A stretch of DNA of 63,996 nt, the filler included, from Octopus bimaculoides (lineage: Eukaryota), in the NCBI RefSeq assembly GCF_001194135.2. It is 5 parts of 5 records of this genome, joined end to end, with 100 filler letters (N's around TTAATTAATTAA, not from the genome) between each part and the next. Parts side by side here need not be neighbours in the genome. Positions count along the whole stretch, not along the records: positions 24,778 to 48,789 come from NC_069007.1; 4 more parts are not named here. One strand, 5' to 3'. The position numbers and the translations under genes are program-made. A model generated the notes under the pieces. The model was not told where the DNA came from, ran no database searches, and was given only the letters and a program-made list of their open reading frames with translations. Positions 36,901-47,670 of this stretch are shown here, piece after piece. Every line of letters starts with the position of its first letter. The first letter of the stretch is position 1.

Positions 36901-39900
36901 TAAGACAGGTGCTCCATGTATTACCTGGACATTGTTATTTTATAGATCTTAAGTGATGATTAATATGGCAGCTATTTGAGCTTGTATATTTATGAACAGA
37001 CCAGATGAGTCCATCAACTGGATGGTCATTAAATCAAAAATGAGGATTTTGTTTATATTTATTCAAACAGAACAATATTATTTAAATAGAACATGGGCTC
37101 AGAGCCTAAAAAATTGCTTGGAGACACAAGGCACATTATAAAAAATGTTGTTAAGCATTTTTTCCAACATGCTGGCAATTATTCCAGCTTACCATCTTAC
37201 TCTACGAGAGAAATAAATGTATAAGAACAAGATTTACTTTGGTTGAAACAGCATCTGCCAGCCTCCAGCCTGCTGCAGGTCACGTGTGATCCAGAGCAAA
37301 ACCAAGAATACAAAACAGAAACCAATGAGAACTTCAGCAAATCTGCAATAAATTGAAGAATTTTGGTCAGGACACAGTGTATGGTGGTGATGATATGAGG
37401 GGGTGGATTGTGGTAGTGGTGGTGGCTATTGTACTGCTGGTATTGGTGATGTAGGTACTAGGACAAAATCACACTGAGGACAAAATCCTCCTTAGACAAA
37501 CCCCCACCAGACAACACTAAAACAAATGGTTACATTCTCGGATCTTCAAATGCTAGAAATATCAATGTAACTCATAATTTCTTTGTAGACGACCTGAAGA
37601 TTTATGCTAAAAGTGTTAACAATGCCAAAAAAAAAAAAAACAACTGGAATTAATAACATGTGAGTCGGACAGCTTGGTGGGATCCATCAGGTGCAAGGAC
37701 TGCATTGGTGCTCCTATATCTTCTTTGGCATCGTTTCTGCAGTTGGATTCCCTTCCTAACAGCACCCCCTTTGCAGCATGCACTGGGTGCACTTTTCATG
37801 GCATCAGCACTTGTGTGATTGCCAAATAGCTTGCAAAACTAAGATCCTTTCTGAGTGAGTGGGGCTGCAGTAGAGAAGGGGGTAGCTTTATTCATCATCA
37901 TTGTCATCATCATCGTTTAACGTCCGTTTTCCATGCTAGCATGGGTTGGACGATTTGACTGTGGACTGGTAAACCAGATGGCTACACCAGGCCTCAGTCT
38001 AATCTGGCAGAGTTTCTACAGCTGGATGCCCTTCCTAACGCCAACCACTCCGAGAGTGTAGTGGGTGCTTTTACAGGATTAAAGTACGTTAGAAGGGGGC
38101 CTGAACAGAAGAGGTTTCATGCTGTGCAGAAACTACATGGTTACCTCACAGAAGATGGAATGGGAGTGATGAAGGGGAAGCTAGAAGGAAATAAAAGTAG
38201 TTATGTTGGTGATACGTACGAAATCGGTCCCAGCGCCTTTAGATGCTGTTCAATGATATTTCTGACTCTGGTGTCATTCTTTGAGACTTTAGTTCGAACA
38301 CACGATTTTAAGTCACTAGAAATAGAACAAAGAATTTGAGGAAAGACAATGGAATTGATTGGTAATTACAGCTGGTACTGAGTCCATCTGATCCATGAAG
38401 GCATAGAAAAGAGGATGTTAAAACAATGCTGAAGATGATGATTATATATATATAATTGTATATATACTCATGTGTGTGTGAAACAATTTCTGTCTAATAT
38501 ATTCTTCTCAAAAGATACTGTTCAACACCAGACAATGGTTCCTCTCAGTGAAACAGAACCCGAAACCCTTTCGTTTTAAAGCAGACTTATGAACCAGAGG
38601 GTCATGGCAGGAATTATATAGATATGTGTATTAGATACTGGGTGGTGGGGTACTTACCATCGATGTAGCTGAAAGATAATTAGCCAAGCCCATATTACAA
38701 TCAAGTTAACCAATGCCAATGGTAATCCGAACATCATCCATGTAGCGAATGTCACCACAGGGGGTAAACCTGCCGCATGGTATAACCTGTGGGAAGAGAG
38801 AGAGAGAGAGAGAGAGACACAGATAGACAGAATGTTAGAAAGAGAGAGAGAGAAAGTGTGTGGGGGGGGGGAGAAGCAATATGTATGCACATTAACTTCA
38901 TTCGTAGGTTACTTTATACATTTATATGAGGGAATGCTGAAAAGTTCCTAGCTTTAAGGGTATCCTGAAAGGCCTGGCTGGAGGTCCAACTTTCTGAGTT
39001 CTTTTTACAGGGCTTAGGAAAAACTGAAGGACCACTGCAATAAAGTGTGTGAATCTGAAAGAGGAGTAGGAACATCTATATACATAAATGGCGATTTCTG
39101 TCTGTTTGTTAATTTGTTACTTTAACCCCTTCAAGACTATCCAACTAATCTTTATAAAACTTGACACGTGTGTGGGGCTTATGTCCATGCGGTCACTTAC
39201 ACACTTGGAATTTCAAAAAACCGATAATTTTTAATCAGCATTGATTTTTTAAAATATCAATAGGACATTTCAATGCAAATTCTCATATGAATGTTATTTT
39301 CTGCCATAACTTTTAGAGTTTTCAACCAATTTTCTTGAAATTTTATACAGAGATGGAATATGCGCTAGTAATACTTTCTTGCCATTAAGATGTATGGTTA
39401 GAAGCTTTTCATAATATGACTTGTGTCTCCAAACAATCTATAGGCTTTGAGCACATGGTTTGATCTATTTGGAACTAAGGACGCTGGTACATGAGAAACC
39501 ATGAGAAAAAACACGAAGAAGGTTGATGTAAATTTTGGAGAGAGAGATGATACTTACATATCTGATTGTCCTTTTAAGACCAAATTTGGCCCAGTTCCAG
39601 TTATGGAAGCAGTACCTCCTGTGTTGGCAGCATAAGCAATGGCTAGAGAAACAGTTTTACATAGTCTGGTGTAGGATTTGTCTTTGGTAAAATTCCTGGG
39701 AGAGAAGTTGTAATGTTAGGCAATGATGTTAGATTACAACAAGTTCTGGGAATGGAATTGGAAAGACAGAAACTAGGTGGAACTTTATTTGGAGAAGTCT
39801 ATGATAGACCAGGGGCTGTGTGGAAACCAGTTATATACATACATACATACATATCGCCTCTAATGCCAGTGTCGCCTGATTGGCATCCGTGCCTTGAGTC

Positions 39901-40407
39901 AACCTCTATAATAAAGAGTATAAGCTTTCAAATATGTGACATGAAATGTCTAGTGTGATACCTTCGTAACTTTGGTGAGGTCTTGGTTCTTCTATCAGGG
40001 AAGACACTGTCACGAAACTAAGTTCCACTCACCAGTGCTTCATTAACATGAGAGAGAGAGGTTGTAGCCACATTGAGCTCCACTCACAAGACAGGCTGCA
40101 ACTAAACCAAAAGTCACTCACTCTCCCTTCATTAACACAAGACAGAGGTTGTTATCAAACCAAGCTCCACTCATCAGACAGGCTGCAACTAAACCAAAAG
40201 TCACTCACTCTGCCTTCATCAACACAGAAAAAAGGTTGTTACCAAACCAAGCTCTACTCACCTGTCTTTCATTAAAGCAGAACTTTTCTCATCTGTTCCT
40301 ACTGACCATTCTGTCTTTTCTAAAATGGTAAGTTTATCCAGTTCTTCTCCTTCATGATTAGGGTTATCTACAAAGGAAATATTTCATATTTAACATATAG
40401 CATTCAA

Positions 40408-40449
<42 letters not shown>

Positions 40450-42160
40450 GCCTTTGCACAGCTTCTAACGCTGGAGATGTACTACGGTGTCAGCTGTTCA
40501 CTACCAGTGAACTAAGGTAACACCTCTTATTGTTCGAGCACCTTCCGGAGTATTCAAGCGGTTCCAAGCAGTCCTGTTCTCTGATGACCGGAAGTATTGT
40601 CTATCAATGTGTATCTATCAACAATGGATTCCATTATAATGACAATACTTTTGTGAAATGATCGTAAGATGCATTAATTAACAAATTTTTAAAATGGCAT
40701 GTTTCATATAGGGGGAGAATTCACAAAAAAAAAACAAAAACAAAAGACGAAGACAGGTGGTGTAGACAACAAACAGATGCGTTAGTTTGATGCTCGGGAA
40801 GTGCAAAAAGTCTTTAACGTTTCGAGCCTATGCTCTTCCACAGAAAGGAACACAGGAAGAAAGAGGGAGAGAAAATAATGAAGAATATAAGCTTTCAAAT
40901 ATGTGACGTGTTTCATATATTTAAATATATTTTTAATACAAAACTATTTTAGACATATAAATCTTTGTAAGAAATTTTTTTGATATTAAATTTCATGCTA
41001 TGTATGTATGTTTGAATATATGCATATATGTATATATATATATATGTATGTATATATATATATGTGTATAGTATGTATATTATACTTACTTAAATTTTCA
41101 TCCGCATTTTTTAATTGCTCCAGTATGGCATCTGCAATGGGTAACATCATGGAAGTTGTGGCGGTGTTACTAATCCACATGGATAGGAACCATGTGATGA
41201 ACATCAAACCAGACAGCAACCTAGGGTTGTAAAAACGACAATGAGAAAGATGGGGACGAAGGATAGGGGGTGGGGTGGGGTCTAGAAGTTGCTTTTGTTT
41301 TTCTTTTAGGGTTTTGGTTGTGTATGGATGTTATTGGGCAAGCAGCAGAAGCAGCAGTAGCAGCAACGGCGGTGGCAGTGGTGGTGGTGGTGGGGGAGTG
41401 CTGGTATCATAAAAACAGCAACCAGTACACTCTATAAAGTGGTTGGCATTAGGAAGAACATCCAGCCATAGGAATCATGTCAGACCCTATTGCACTGTCC
41501 AACCCATGCCAGCATGGAAGATGGATGTTCAACAATCATGATGATGGCCCTCAGAACCCAGCCAGGATCCCTTAATAAAAAGAAAGAATGGTTCTTTATT
41601 TTTACCTTTTAGGTTCTGTTCCAAATATAAGAAGTGTATGTAAGGCAATTCTTTTATGCAAATTCCAGGTTTCTATAGAAATGGCAACTAGCAGTCCACC
41701 GACAAATAGCATTGATGTGTTCTGGAAGGGGAAGAAAAAAACCAAAACAGCTGAACAACTTGACACTTACAAATAACTACAGTATTTGATGGCATAAAAA
41801 CCATACAGATATATTAGATACACCCTAATTTCAGTGGCACATATTTAGGAAAAATATATTTTCAGTGCATTAAAGCATGTAATATAGGAAAAACTTTGCA
41901 TATAGGGGCGGATTTTTTTAAGACATATTTCTGGAAAATGCACGTTCCATATTTTTATGAGGTATAGAGATACTAATAAACTGGTGTTAGAACTCAAAAT
42001 ACACTTGCTTCAGAATAAAGCTCTGAGTGCTGTGCATGTCATAGCAGAAACAACTGTAAGCTAATGAAGTTGGTTATATAATTCCTGTTCTCTTGGCATT
42101 TCTTTAATTTCTTGTGTGTGTGTGCATGTGTGTCGGCATGCATACGTGTGTGCATGCATG

Positions 42161-42209
<49 letters not shown>

Positions 42210-45126
42210 NNNNNNNNNNNNNNNNNNNNNNNNNNNNNNNNNNNNNNNNNNNNNNNNNNNNNNNNNNNNNNNNNNNNNNNNNNNNNNNNNNNNNNNNNNN
42301 NNNNNNNNNNNNNNNNNNNNNNNNNNNNNNNNNNNNNNNNNNNNNNNNNNNNNNNNNNNNNNNNNNNNNNNNNNNNNNNNNNNNNNNNNNNNNNNNNNNN
42401 NNNNNNNNNNNNNNNNNNNNNNNNNNNNNNNNNNNNNNNNNNNNNNNNNNNNNNNNNNNNNNNNNNNNNNNNNNNNNNNNNNNNNNNNNNNNNNNNNNNN
42501 NNNNNNNNNNNNNTGACTGTGTCTGTTTGAAGGTTTAGAGAGATTTAGAAATAATAATATTTCTATTTTTGAAAACCAGTGGATGTGTTCCACTGAATAT
42601 TTATAAACCTTCAAACAGACAGTCAACAGTAATGCCTGCTGCGTTCGGCTACTCCACATTGATAAGGGGCAAATACCCCGAAACTAGTCTGTGGGTGCTT
42701 GAACCAGCATGGGGAAGCTGATGACCTTCCCTGTGTAATGGACACAGGTTTGTGTGTCACATAGCTAGCTAGAGGCGATGGCCTCTTGGAGCTAATCAAT
42801 GGCAGCATTCGTCCTATTTTTCTGGACTGCCGTGTTAGCTTGGTGATAACTAGTAACATCCAGTATTGCTGCTGTAATCTCCTTTAGAGAGATTTAGAAA
42901 TAATAATATTTGTATTTATAAACAAACTGTTTATTTTAGATTTGATTTCTGATAAATTCATGTTTATCTTTGTCATTATCTGTAATCTGTGTGCATAATA
43001 TGCTTGCATATGTATGTCCAGGGTTAACATAGGTAATTATACTGGTAGTATAATGGATACTTTTATCTTTTTGATTGTAATTTCAACCTCTAACTCTATT
43101 AACTTATATAAATATATATGTCCAAACAGTGGAAGGAATCCGTGGTAGAGGGAGACCCAGGAAGACATGGGATGAGGTGGTGAAGCATGATCTTCAAACG
43201 TTGGGCCTCACAGAGGCAATGACAAAAGGCCGACACCTCTGGAGGTATGCTGTGACTGAGAAGACCTGGCAAATAAAGTGAGTTCACAGCTGTAACGTAT
43301 ACCAGTGCTGCATAACCAGCCCACTCAAAAGTACCTTGGATCGTAGGGGGACATGCCGTACTTGAGGGGAGCTATTGAGTCAAGTACATCAACATCAATA
43401 TTAAAATCAAATCAAATGGAAATTGTAGTTGTGAGCCCCATGCCGGTAGCATGTAAAAAGCACCATCCAAACGTGGCTGATGCCAGTGCCACCTTGACTG
43501 GCTTCTGTACCGGTGGCATGTAAAAAGCACCAACTGATTGTGGTCAATGCCAGCTCCTCTGGTCCTGGTACCGGTGGCACGTAAAAAGCACCCACTACAC
43601 TCTCGGAGTGGTTGGCGTTAGGAAGGGCATCCAGCTGTAGAAACTCTGCCAGATCAGACTGGACCCTGGTGCAGCCTCCTGGCTTCCCAGACCCCAGTCG
43701 AACCGTCCAACCCATGCCAGNNNNNNNNNNAAAAAGCACCATCCAAACGTGGCTGATGCCAGTGCCGCCTTGACTGGCTTCCATGCCGGTGGCATGTAAA
43801 AAGCACCAACTGATTGTGGTCAATGCCAGCTCCTCTGGTCCTGGTACCGGTGGCACGTAAAAAGCACCCACTACACTCTCGGAGTGGTTGGCGTTAGGAA
43901 GGGCATCCAGCTGTAGAAACTCTGCCAGATCAGACTGGACCCTGGTGCAGCCTCCTGGCTTCCCAGACCCCAGTCGAACCGTCCAACCCATGCCAGCATG
44001 GAAAACAGACGTTAAACAATGGTGATGACGATGATGACGATAAGGGTTATACAATTATCGTGATGTTTCTTTTGAATAAAAGACAAATAAATGCACTTTA
44101 CTCACGTTGATATAATTTCCGGCTATGGGCTTTGCTTCAGCCACCCCTAACACCGGGAACAACACCAGAGGCAGGAGGGCAGTGACGGCTATGGGCAGGG
44201 CCTCGCTGATCCAGAAGATTGCTATTAGTAATATGCAGTAGGCACATTTAGCTTCCTGTTGGAAAGAGAATCGGTAGAGCATCACAAGTCTGGGGGGAGT
44301 TCTGTAGGGTTAGAGCATGACAGGGTTCATAGGGGATAGCACTTAGGGGGTGGTGGTTGACCCCTTGACCTGATGTACTGTTCAATGTCCAGTGTCCAGC
44401 ATCACCACCATCAGCAACACCAGCAGCACCACGACTACCACCTTCACCACTACTACTTATCACCACTGCCGCCACCACAACCACTACCACAACCATCACT
44501 ACTACTACTACTACTACTACTGCTACTGCTGCTACTGCTGCTGCTGCTGCTGCTACTACAAACACTACATCAACCACCACCAAGAAATTAATGTGCAAGT
44601 GGCTGAGCGCTCCACAGACACATGTACCCTTGACGTTGTTCTCAGGGAAATACAATGTGAAACAGAATGTGTCAAGGCTGGTCCTTTGAATTACAGGTAC
44701 AACTCATTTTTGCCAGGTGAGTGGACTGGAGCAATAAAGTGAAATAAAGTGCCTTGCTCAAGGACACAATGCACAACTGAGATTCGAACTCATGACCTTA
44801 CGATTGTGAGCTGAATACCCTGACCACTAAGCCACGGGCCTACGCCGACCTCACTTCACCCACATGAATCTCAGAAGGGTCAGGTAGTGGCCATGGGCAC
44901 AGCCCTTTCTAAACACTAAACCCAATAAAAGACAAACCCTCCACCCTATTCATATCTAAGGTCATGTGACAGAAAAAGATACCCAACAGTGCCCTCTGCT
45001 GGGGAGAAAAAAACTTACCTTTGAACCCACAAGGATTGGTATAGGTAACAGTAACAATGGGGTGAGAACCACAATTAAGATGTTACGGATAAGCAAAAGT
45101 TTCTTAAGGACTATTTTGAGGCCCAT
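33760..45126 (-). CDS. SLC13: SLC13-family Na+-coupled di/tricarboxylate transporter (NaCT/NaDC/Indy-like), 14 coding exons, 582 aa, apparently intact
   Basis: Manually spliced 14 exons (108+150+116+131+106+138+129+96+105+92+116+162+138+162=1749 nt), all with AG/GT boundaries and matching phases, giving one ORF without internal stops. Family motifs: [88 protein letters not shown]. The SNT/SNV motif pair fits the carboxylate rather than the sulfate (SNP) branch. Exact orthologue not assignable without a tree. Confidence 0.96.
34455..34592 (-). CDS. SLC13: SLC13 exon 13 ([46 protein letters not shown])
   Basis: TCCAG acceptor, GTGAGT donor, 138 nt, phase 0/0. Confidence 0.96.
34909..35070 (-). 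CDS. SLC13: SLC13 exon 12 ([54 protein letters not shown])
   Basis: TTCAG acceptor, GTAAGT donor, 162 nt, phase 0/0; second SN motif (SNV). Confidence 0.95.
36024..36139 (-). CDS. SLC13: SLC13 exon 11 ([38 protein letters not shown])
   Basis: TAG acceptor, GTAAGT donor, 116 nt, phase 1/0; PWGIVLxLGGGFA motif. Confidence 0.95.
36340..36790 (+). repeat. Purine-rich degenerate tandem repeat (ACAGGTAG/ATAAGTGG units) in intron 10; paralogue at 27520-27990
   Basis: Visible short-period repeat with strong strand asymmetry in both gene copies. Confidence 0.8.
36793..36884 (-). CDS. SLC13: SLC13 exon 10 ([30 protein letters not shown])
   Basis: CACAG acceptor, GTATGT donor, 92 nt, phase 2/1; DAT...LLFILPS motif. 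Confidence 0.93.
37238..37342 (-). CDS. SLC13: SLC13 exon 9 ([34 protein letters not shown])
   Basis: TGCAG acceptor, GTAAAT donor, 105 nt, phase 2/2; FAE...LWxxRD...GW pattern. Confidence 0.93.
37528..37630 (+). mobile_element. Non-LTR retrotransposon RT fragment (R4/Dong-like)
   Basis: [29 protein letters not shown], an RT domain 5 (xDD) motif. Confidence 0.7.
38220..38315 (-). CDS. SLC13: SLC13 exon 8 ([31 protein letters not shown])
   Basis: TTCTAG acceptor, GTACGT donor, 96 nt, phase 2/2; ends in the LGP motif that precedes SFAE. Confidence 0.9.
38658..38786 (-). CDS. SLC13: SLC13 exon 7 ([42 protein letters not shown])
   Basis: CACAG acceptor, GTAAGT donor, 129 nt, phase 2/2. Confidence 0.93.
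38927..39073 (+). mobile_element. Mariner-derived short element fragment
   Basis: TA|TGAGGGAATGCTGAAAAGTTCC TIR-like start and a KCVNLK remnant of a mariner C-terminus; cut off at the next element. Confidence 0.45.
39075..39410 (+). mobile_element. Possible non-autonomous Helitron 5' portion
   Basis: A|TCTATATACATAAATG start and an internal ATAACTTTT...CAACCAATTTTCTTGAAATTTT motif typical of such elements; no 3' CTAG hairpin found. Confidence 0.4.
39558..39695 (-). CDS. SLC13: SLC13 exon 6 ([45 protein letters not shown])
   Basis: CCCAG acceptor, GTAAGT donor, 138 nt, phase 2/2; TGTGPN motif. Confidence 0.95.
40027..40275 (-). repeat. 87-bp (53+34) higher-order tandem repeat derived from the exon 5 donor junction
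   Basis: GTGAGT hexamers starting at 40261, 40208, 40121, 40087 and 40032, with ATGAGT at 40174; spacing 53/34/53/34/55. Confidence 0.85.
40262..40367 (-). CDS. SLC13: SLC13 exon 5, hydrophilic loop ([34 protein letters not shown])
   Basis: TTTGTAG acceptor, GTGAGT donor, 106 nt, phase 1/2 exactly bridges exons 4 and 6. The sequence is poorly conserved, so support comes from phase and splice sites. Confidence 0.82.
40408..40577 (-). mobile_element. R4/Dong-like LINE 3' end with (TAA)n tail
   Basis: Minus strand [14 protein letters not shown] (C-terminal LLGTARILRKVL motif), short 3'UTR, then (AAT)n. Confidence 0.75.
41090..41220 (-). CDS. SLC13: SLC13 exon 4 ([43 protein letters not shown])
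   Basis: TAG acceptor, GTAAGT donor, 131 nt, phase 2/1; first SNT motif. Confidence 0.95.
41606..41721 (-). CDS. SLC13: SLC13 exon 3 ([38 protein letters not shown])
   Basis: CAG acceptor, GTAAA donor, 116 nt, phase 0/2; WNLHKRIAL motif. Confidence 0.95.
42654..42694 (+). ncRNA. Minimal type I hammerhead ribozyme motif, U3-A8 compensatory variant
   Basis: CCACA-UUGAUAA-GGGG(CAAAUA)CCCC-GAAA-CUAG-UC-UGUGG. Helix I CCACA/UGUGG, helix II GGGG/CCCC, palindromic helix III ACUAGU, predicted cleavage after C42689. Activity not shown. Confidence 0.8.
43129..44041 (+). mobile_element. 5'-truncated RTE-clade LINE: ORF2 C-terminus, 3'UTR and (GAT)n tail
   Basis: [50 protein letters not shown] (43129-43281). 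3'UTR-only copies at 37915-38075, 46770-47050, 47095-47250, 48610-48790 (all minus) and older ones at 30250-30410, 37660-37810, 41430-41545. Confidence 0.88.
44106..44255 (-). CDS. SLC13: SLC13 exon 2 ([50 protein letters not shown])
   Basis: Polypyrimidine tract plus CAG acceptor, GTGAGT donor, 150 nt, phase 0/0. Confidence 0.95.
45019..45126 (-). CDS. SLC13: SLC13 exon 1 ([36 protein letters not shown])
   Basis: ATG at 45126, donor GTAAG at 45018, phase 0; TPLLLLP matches the SLC13 N-terminus. Confidence 0.9.
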
Positions 45127-45932
45127 GATGAGATAATGAAGAATGAACAAGAGCTGGGATTGAACTCCTCACGCTGGATTGCTGCAAAGAAAAAGATAAA
45201 ACAAGCACGAACATATATCAGCGGGTTGAATAATATACATCATCATAACCATCGTCAATATCTATGCAGTCCCCGTTGCCGAGGTTGCCGCCAGGCGAAA
45301 TGCTTAACGGGACTTCGTCTGCAATTATGTTCTGAGTTCAAATTCCGCTGAGGTCGACTTTGTCTTTCATACTTTCAGGGTTGATTGAAAAAGTTCCAGT
45401 TATGCACTGGGGTCAATGTAATCAATTTAATCCCTTTGTCTGTCCTTGTTGGCCAGCATGTTACATATCTCCTTTCTGGGACCCTGAAGGAGGACCAATG
45501 GTTGAAGTTCCTACACATCCAATGTATTTCCTTCGATGCGTGGAGTTGGCGTCGTGCCTACTGTTACTGTTGTTGTTGCTGCTACCACTGGTGCTGTTGG
45601 TGCTGCTGTTGTGGTTGTAGTTGTCAGTGTTGTTGTTGCCATCGATGCTGCTGTTGTTGCTGCTAGTGGTGCTGCCGATGGTGTTGGAGCTGGGGCTGTT
45701 GGTGGTGGTGCCACTGGAGGCAGTGGTTGCATCGGTAGCGTTACTGCCTCCGTGTTTGTTGCAGGTGGTGCATGTGTTGGTGTTATTAAGCCTGCCGATG
45801 TTGATGTTGGATGGAATCTTATGTGTATACCATTCAGCCTAAACAATGGATTTACAAATACAATATCCCTACACTCACTCTCTATTTCCTATCTTAACTA
45901 AACTAACTATTACTTAACCATCCTCTCACATC

Positions 45933-45980
45933 GTCTTCGATGAAGGGATATAATAAATATCCTGGAAACAGCTGTAAGAC
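45933..45980 (+). ncRNA. Hammerhead-like motif, family C (YCGAUGA core)
   Basis: GUCU-UCGAUGA-A-GGGAUAU(AAUAA)AUAUCCU-G-GAAA-CAGCUG-UA-AGAC; palindromic helix III ACAGCUGU; second copy at 14914-14961. Confidence 0.5.
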
Positions 45981-47556
45981 ATTCTATTTATAAATGTTCT
46001 ATATGATACACAACCTTGGTTTTTTATCTCATTACGAAAAGTTGGTAAGTAGCTTGCTTACCAACCACATGGTTCCGGGTTCATTCCTACTGCGTAGCAC
46101 CTTGGGCAAGTATCTTCTACTATAGCCTCGGGTCGACCAAAGCCTTGTGAGTGGATTTGGTAGATGGAAACTGAAAGAAGCCTGTCGTATATATGTATAT
46201 ATATATATATATGTATGTGTGTGTTTATATGTTNNNNNNNNNNNNNNNNNNNNNNNNNNNNNNNNNNNNNNNNNNNNNNNNNNNNNNNNNNNNNNNNNNN
46301 NNNNNNNNNNNNNNNNNNNNNNNNNNNNNNNNNNNNNNNNNNNNNNNNNNNNNNNNNNNNNNNNNNNNNNNNNNNNNNNNNNNNNNNNNNNNNNNNNNNN
46401 NNNNNNNNNNNNNNNNNNNNNNNNNNNNNNNNNNNNNNNNNNNNNNNNNNNNNNNNNNNNNNNNNNNNNNNNNNNNNNNNNNNNNNNNNNNNNNNNNNNN
46501 NNNNNNNNNNNNNNNNNNNNNNNNNNNNNNNNNNNNNNNNNNNNNNNNNNNNNNNNNNNNNNNNNNNNNNNNNNNNNNNNNNNNNNNNNNNNNNNNNNNN
46601 NNNNNNNNNNNNNNNNNNNNNNNNNNNNNNNNNNNNNNNNNNNNNNNNNNNNNNNNNNNNNNNNNNNNNNNNNNNNNNNNNNNNNNNNNNNNNNNNNNNN
46701 NNNNNNNNNNNNNNNNNNNNNNNAAACAGCACAATCCTGCACTGAATGACACATTAATTAAAACATCATCATCATCGTTTAACGTCCGCTTTCCATGCTA
46801 GCATGGGTTGGACGATTTGACTGAGGACTGGTGAAACCAGATGGCTACACCTACAGCTGGATGCCCTTCCTAACGCCAACCACTCCGAGAGTGTAGTGGG
46901 TGCTTTTACGTGCCACCGGCACGAAGGCCAGTCAAGAGGTACTGGCAACGGCCACACTCGAAATGGTGTATTTTACGTGCCACCTGCACAGGAGCCAGTC
47001 CAGCGGCACTGGCAACGATCTCGCTCGAATGTCTTTTCACGTGTCACATAATAATAGTAATAATAATAATTATAGCAATAATCATTATCATCATCATTTA
47101 ACGTCTGCTTTCCATGCTAGCATGGGTTGGACGATTTGACTGAGGACTGGTGAACCAGATGGCTACACCAGGCTCCAATCTGATTTGGCAGAGTTTCTAC
47201 AGCTGGATGCCCTTCCTTACGCCAACCACTCAGAGAGTGTAGTGGGTGCATTGTGGATAAATATTTTTGACACTCTCCTTGCCAGCATGATGAAGCAATC
47301 ATTATGAGAATGGTGTTAATTGTATGATTAAAGAAATCATTTTAAGAGTTGTGACCTTCCATTAATTATCAGAATTTTATAATATTTGGAGGTGAAAATA
47401 TTGAAGGAAGGTGTAGGGGAGGTCAGATAAGCTAATGGTGAAGATAGTGAGGTGTAAATGTCAGAAGAGAATGGGAAAGGCGGGTGTAACAGTGAAAAGG
47501 AAGAAGTCATGAAAGGGGAGGGGAGAAAAGAAAATAAGGGGTTAAAATGAAAATTC

Positions 47557-47670
47557 TTAATCCTTTAGCATTTAAACCGGACATATCCAGTCTAAATATT
47601 CTTCGTGTTTATATCCAAACTGACCAGATCCAGCCTCTCATGCTTATCTTACAATGTCATTCTAAAAATA
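47557..47670 (+). repeat. Interspersed repeat, also at about 25060-25230 in inverted orientation (possible TTAA-flanked MITE end)
   Basis: Shared CCAGATCCAGCCTCTCA...ACAATGTCATTCTAAAA; begins TTAA|TCCTTTAGCATT. Confidence 0.45.

Noticed and set aside
45511-45901. Mucin-like Pro/Thr/Ala-rich and Gly/Val-rich ORFs upstream of SLC13
   Set aside because: A degenerate GYT/GGT triplet tract open in several frames on both strands, with no splice or domain support.
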